From: an uncultured delta proteobacterium
GTDB taxonomy: Bacteria > Desulfobacterota > Desulfobaccia > Desulfobaccales > 0-14-0-80-60-11
NCBI GenBank assembly: GCA_963796215.1
Contig: CAWCKU010000020.1
Span: forward strand, 29,030-93,029
Length of the DNA: 64,000 bases
Direction: 5' to 3'
Positions within the stretch are counted from its first letter, which is position 1; the number at the start of each line of letters is the position of its first letter. The translations under genes were made by a program, and so were the position numbers. This document shows, piece after piece, positions 61,213-64,000 of the stretch. The notes beneath the pieces are model-generated. The model was not told the DNA's origin and did no database searches. It was given only the letters and a program-made list of their open reading frames with translations.

Positions 61213-61439
61213 ATGAAGAAATTGATGGCGTTATTGGTAGCGTTAACGTTTCTTGCAACTTTTGCGTTGGGCTGCAATCAATCACCGCCGCCGGCGCCGA
61301 AACCAGCAGCGCAGAAGGCAGCGCCTGCAGCACCTGCGCCAGCAGCGCCTGGAGCGCCTGGAGCACCCGGAGCACCGGAGCGCCCGGAGCACCTGGAGCA
61401 CCTGGAGCACCTGGAGCGCCAGCACCAGAACACAAATAA
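61213..61439 (+). CDS. Small lipoprotein with (Gly-Ala-Pro)n tail (1-nt loss in one repeat unit)
   Basis: ALGC lipobox; 9-bp GCRCCYGGA repeats, one unit only 8 bp; ends PAPEHK*; hairpin follows. Confidence 0.7.
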
Positions 61440-61606
61440 ACACCGGATATCGGGGTATATCCTCGCCAAGAGGATATACCCCGAGTCTATGAAGCAAGTC
61501 CCTGCTCGGGATTTTGGGATTTCTGCGAATCACTCGAGCAGTTGGATAAGGGAAGATCAGGATGCCCGGGGAGAAGTAGGTCTAAATGACGCAGTAAAGC
61601 GTGCTG

Positions 61607-62065
61607 TCAGAACGGCTCAACCTGGATACGTTTTCCCTCAAGACGCACTTCGGACGTCCCCACCTCGTTGTCCTGCAAGTCACGTACGCTGACTTTGGCC
61701 ACGCCCGTGAACTCGTTGTCTCCAGGGCCAGGGATAATGTGTATCCGGGTCTTGGTGCTGCCGATCCACTTTCTGTTTTCATCGAATCGAAAGGCGATAT
61801 AGGTGGCATCAAACTCCCTAGCGCCGACCCGCTTCCAGGCACCATGCCCGCCACTGAGTACCGGATGCGTATCCCCGCTTCGAAAGAAAGTGCCATCCGA
61901 CGAAAAGGTAAGAAGATTCTTTCCCACCCCAGCCGGGCGACTGACTGTCACGATCCACGCCCCGACCAATCCTCGGCTAGTATCGCCAGTCGACCCAGGA
62001 GAGGCGCAACCGGCAACGAGCACCATAGTTAGTAGACCCAACAGTACAGATCTAAACTTGAACAT
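61607..62065 (-). CDS. Lipoprotein, probable beta-barrel
   Basis: VAGC lipobox; LVGAW...LLTFSSDGT...GHGAWKR. Confidence 0.68.
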   Translation of the reverse strand: MFKFRSVLLGLLTMVLVAGCASPGSTGDTSRGLVGAWIVTVSRPAGVGKNLLTFSSDGTFFRSGDTHPVLSGGHGAWKRVGAREFDATYIAFRFDENRKWIGSTKTRIHIIPGPGDNEFTGVAKVSVRDLQDNEVGTSEVRLEGKRIQVEPF

Positions 62066-62153
62066 GGTCCCTCCTTTAACGGGGCTGCAAACACTTCTCT
62101 CGACCTTCGCCCCCAAGGGCTCGTCAGCGGCGGTTCACCTGAAAAGTCGGCGC

Positions 62154-63224
62154 TCAGAAGTACGACTGGAGCTCGCCTCTCCGCCGCACGTCGAGGGTGG
62201 CGCAGTGGAAGGAGCCGCCGAAGGGGGCATAGTTGGCAAACGAACAGGGGATCGGCTCGAAGCCCCAGTCCTTGAGCTTCTTGATGAGAGACTCCTGCAA
62301 GCGCTCCACGATGACTCGCTTCTCGTCGAGCATCAACACATTGATGCTGAGCCAGCGGCTGCACATCGAGGGGATGCGCCACGGGATGGGGTTCGGTTCG
62401 GGGGCGATGAGGATGTCCCACGAGGCGAACATCGGCGGCAGCCGGCTCGGATCAATGTAGTCCGGATTGACCAGCAGCTTCCCCGGTGCGAGCGGCATCA
62501 GGCTCGAGTCGATGTGCATGGGCTGGCGACAGCGGGTCTCAAGCAGGGTGAGGCGGAATCGGTCGCCGAGGTGAGTCCGGAGCCAGTCAATGCCGGACTC
62601 GTTGGTCACGTTGCTGCGGATACCGAACAGGTCCCGGCCGCAGCGGACAAAGTCGGCGGCGTCGAAGACGGGCTCATACTCGTTCACCACAAAGGGGATC
62701 GGCTCGCCCGCCTGGGGGAGGCGATAGTCGTGGTTGTAGAGCGCATCGACCAGCTCCGGCCGCGGCGGGGTGGTCCACTTCGCCCCTCTCGCCGTGTAGT
62801 CTTTGAGCAGCGGGCGGTAGGCGTCCACCTCGAAGTAACGAGACCGCCAGGCCATCGGGGTCTCGATGATCTCCTCGCCAACCACGAGCAGCCCGTCTCT
62901 CGGGCAGGCCGAGCAGAAGCCCTTCGACTGCCAGTGCGGCGTCTTGTAGGTGACGGAGAAGTCCTTCACCACCGGCCGGCGCACGGTGACGCCTTCCGCC
63001 TCGAGGATGTGAATGAACTCGTCCAGCTCGCGCTGGGCCGGGCGCACGACAAACTGGGGATAGGGCAGCCCGGCGATCACCTTATAGATCTTCATCAGCC
63101 TTTGGGGGATGTTGAAGGTGACCGTGAGGTGCCGGGTCGGGATCCTGGCGCCCTCGAGGCGCCCGACCACGACCTCCTCGAGCGGGTCCCATTCGTTGTA
63201 GGAACAAACCGGTGAGCCAGCCAC
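62154..63224 (-). CDS. Amidinotransferase (glycine/inosamine-phosphate amidinotransferase family)
   Basis: SYNEWDPLEEVVVG, CPRD, FDAAD, MHIDS and GGSFHCATLD; GTG start at 63224 after GGAG. Confidence 0.9.
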   Translation of the reverse strand: MAGSPVCSYNEWDPLEEVVVGRLEGARIPTRHLTVTFNIPQRLMKIYKVIAGLPYPQFVVRPAQRELDEFIHILEAEGVTVRRPVVKDFSVTYKTPHWQSKGFCSACPRDGLLVVGEEIIETPMAWRSRYFEVDAYRPLLKDYTARGAKWTTPPRPELVDALYNHDYRLPQAGEPIPFVVNEYEPVFDAADFVRCGRDLFGIRSNVTNESGIDWLRTHLGDRFRLTLLETRCRQPMHIDSSLMPLAPGKLLVNPDYIDPSRLPPMFASWDILIAPEPNPIPWRIPSMCSRWLSINVLMLDEKRVIVERLQESLIKKLKDWGFEPIPCSFANYAPFGGSFHCATLDVRRRGELQSYF

Positions 63225-63322
63225 TATTCGTTCTCCCACCGGCCAATCGTTAAGCTTGGCGGCCCGGATCGCCCTAAACCGGGATTCCCGAGATAGACCA
63301 TATTCTCTTACCTCTCTCACCG

Positions 63323-63341
63323 TGGCCCGGGCCAGCTTAGG
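63323..63341 (+). repeat. 19-bp direct repeat, right copy
   Basis: Identical to 61104-61122. Confidence 0.8.
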
Positions 63342-63521
63342 CGCGCCACGAACGTGCGTCTCTGTGACCAGACGATATGAGCCGCAATTAGGCGGCAGAC
63401 CTTAACTCCAGGTGGCTTTACTCTGCTATTATCCTGGTTCGCCGCACCTCGAACTTAGGAGCTAGCTGAATAGGTTACCAGATAGTGATGGACTCGTCCA
63501 TCCTTGGATGATGAATCAAGT

Positions 63522-63677
63522 CTAAAGTCGTCCAAGGAGAAAGAGTATGAGAACCACTATCAGGATTGTTCCCAGAATACCACTCGGGGCATAACCCCAA
63601 CTTTGGCTATGAGGCCAGGTGGGAAGGGCGCCGACCAGAAAGAGAATGAGAATGACAATTAAAATAGTGCCTAACAT
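63522..63677 (-). CDS. Third DUF3309-like small membrane protein (51 aa)
   Basis: VGALPTWPHSQSWGYAPSG. Confidence 0.8.
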   Translation of the reverse strand: MLGTILIVILILFLVGALPTWPHSQSWGYAPSGILGTILIVVLILFLLGRL

Positions 63678-63741
63678 TGTATTTCTCCTTTGTGGTTAGG
63701 TTAATTTTTGCGGCAGCCTTAGCTTACAGCTGCCCGCTGCT

Positions 63742-63972
63742 TCAGTGCTTCCACGCCTTGGGCCGACTTTTCTCAGCTTCAGACGTCATCTCTCTTGCTT
63801 GGGTTACGATTGACCGTACCTTTTGCGGGTTCATCCCCGGTATTTGCTTTAACCCGTGCTCTTCCGCAGCAGCAACTTTGGCAATCGTGTTATAGCTAGC
63901 TTCGATTAATCGCTGCGCCAGGACTTCCCCAATCCCTTTAAGTTTTTGCAGTTCTTTTAATTCTTTGTTCAT
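63742..63972 (-). CDS. Helix-hairpin-helix domain small protein
   Basis: LQKLKGIGEVLAQRL...LKQIPGM; RBS GGGAGG. Confidence 0.75.
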   Translation of the reverse strand: MNKELKELQKLKGIGEVLAQRLIEASYNTIAKVAAAEEHGLKQIPGMNPQKVRSIVTQAREMTSEAEKSRPKAWKH

Positions 63973-64000
63973 AGCATCCTCCCTAATATTTATCCAGCCG

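Noticed and set aside
56582..63224. RiPP cluster linking the Nif11 peptide with the amidinotransferase
   Set aside because: They are over 5 kb apart in separate cassettes, the peptide has no core, and no transporter or peptidase is present

Overview
High-GC bacterial DNA, most consistent with a deltaproteobacterial (Desulfobacterota-like) chromosome. Many single-base indels split ordinary genes, especially at 1-13 kb, and are most likely long-read consensus errors. The window has three parts. (1) 1-25.6 kb, core chromosome: biotin operon (bioB, bioD, bioF, bioH-like, bioC), HPF/cold-shock protein, radical SAM protein, PEP-synthase-like protein plus receiver, prmA-like gene, two tandem SH3b-lipoprotein modules, meaB, DHH phosphoesterase, cupins, hldE, ugd and lptD, with many REP/MITE-like palindromes. 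(2) About 25.77-51.97 kb, an island bounded by a 34-bp direct repeat of the 5' half of tRNA-Arg(CCT). The intact tRNA is at 51941-52019, with a tyrosine-integrase remnant beside it. The island has a phosphate/metal/membrane theme: orphan pstB, PhoH2, a PhoB-like regulator, a PHP-GT4 fusion with psd and a methyltransferase, DedA and a secreted PHP phosphoesterase. Its most interesting part is a ferrosome-like cluster: DUF5132, three stand-alone HMA2/CoBaHMA proteins, a 22-aa-repeat glycine-rich protein, a P2A-type ATPase with an N-terminal HMA2 domain, a MetK paralogue that keeps its triphosphate ligands but has lost its methionine/adenine pocket, and an MntP/YtaF-like protein. Most island promoters share a Pho-box-like array with 11-bp periodicity placed about 10 bp before a -10 hexamer. 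(3) 52-64 kb, a second accessory region of small exported and stress proteins (three DUF3309, two DUF3096, a Spy/ZraP-like pair, a leader-only Nif11 protein), a fasciclin gene inside perfect 27-bp inverted repeats, and an amidinotransferase cassette between 19-bp direct repeats. Family assignments come from motif recognition by eye, not from database searches.
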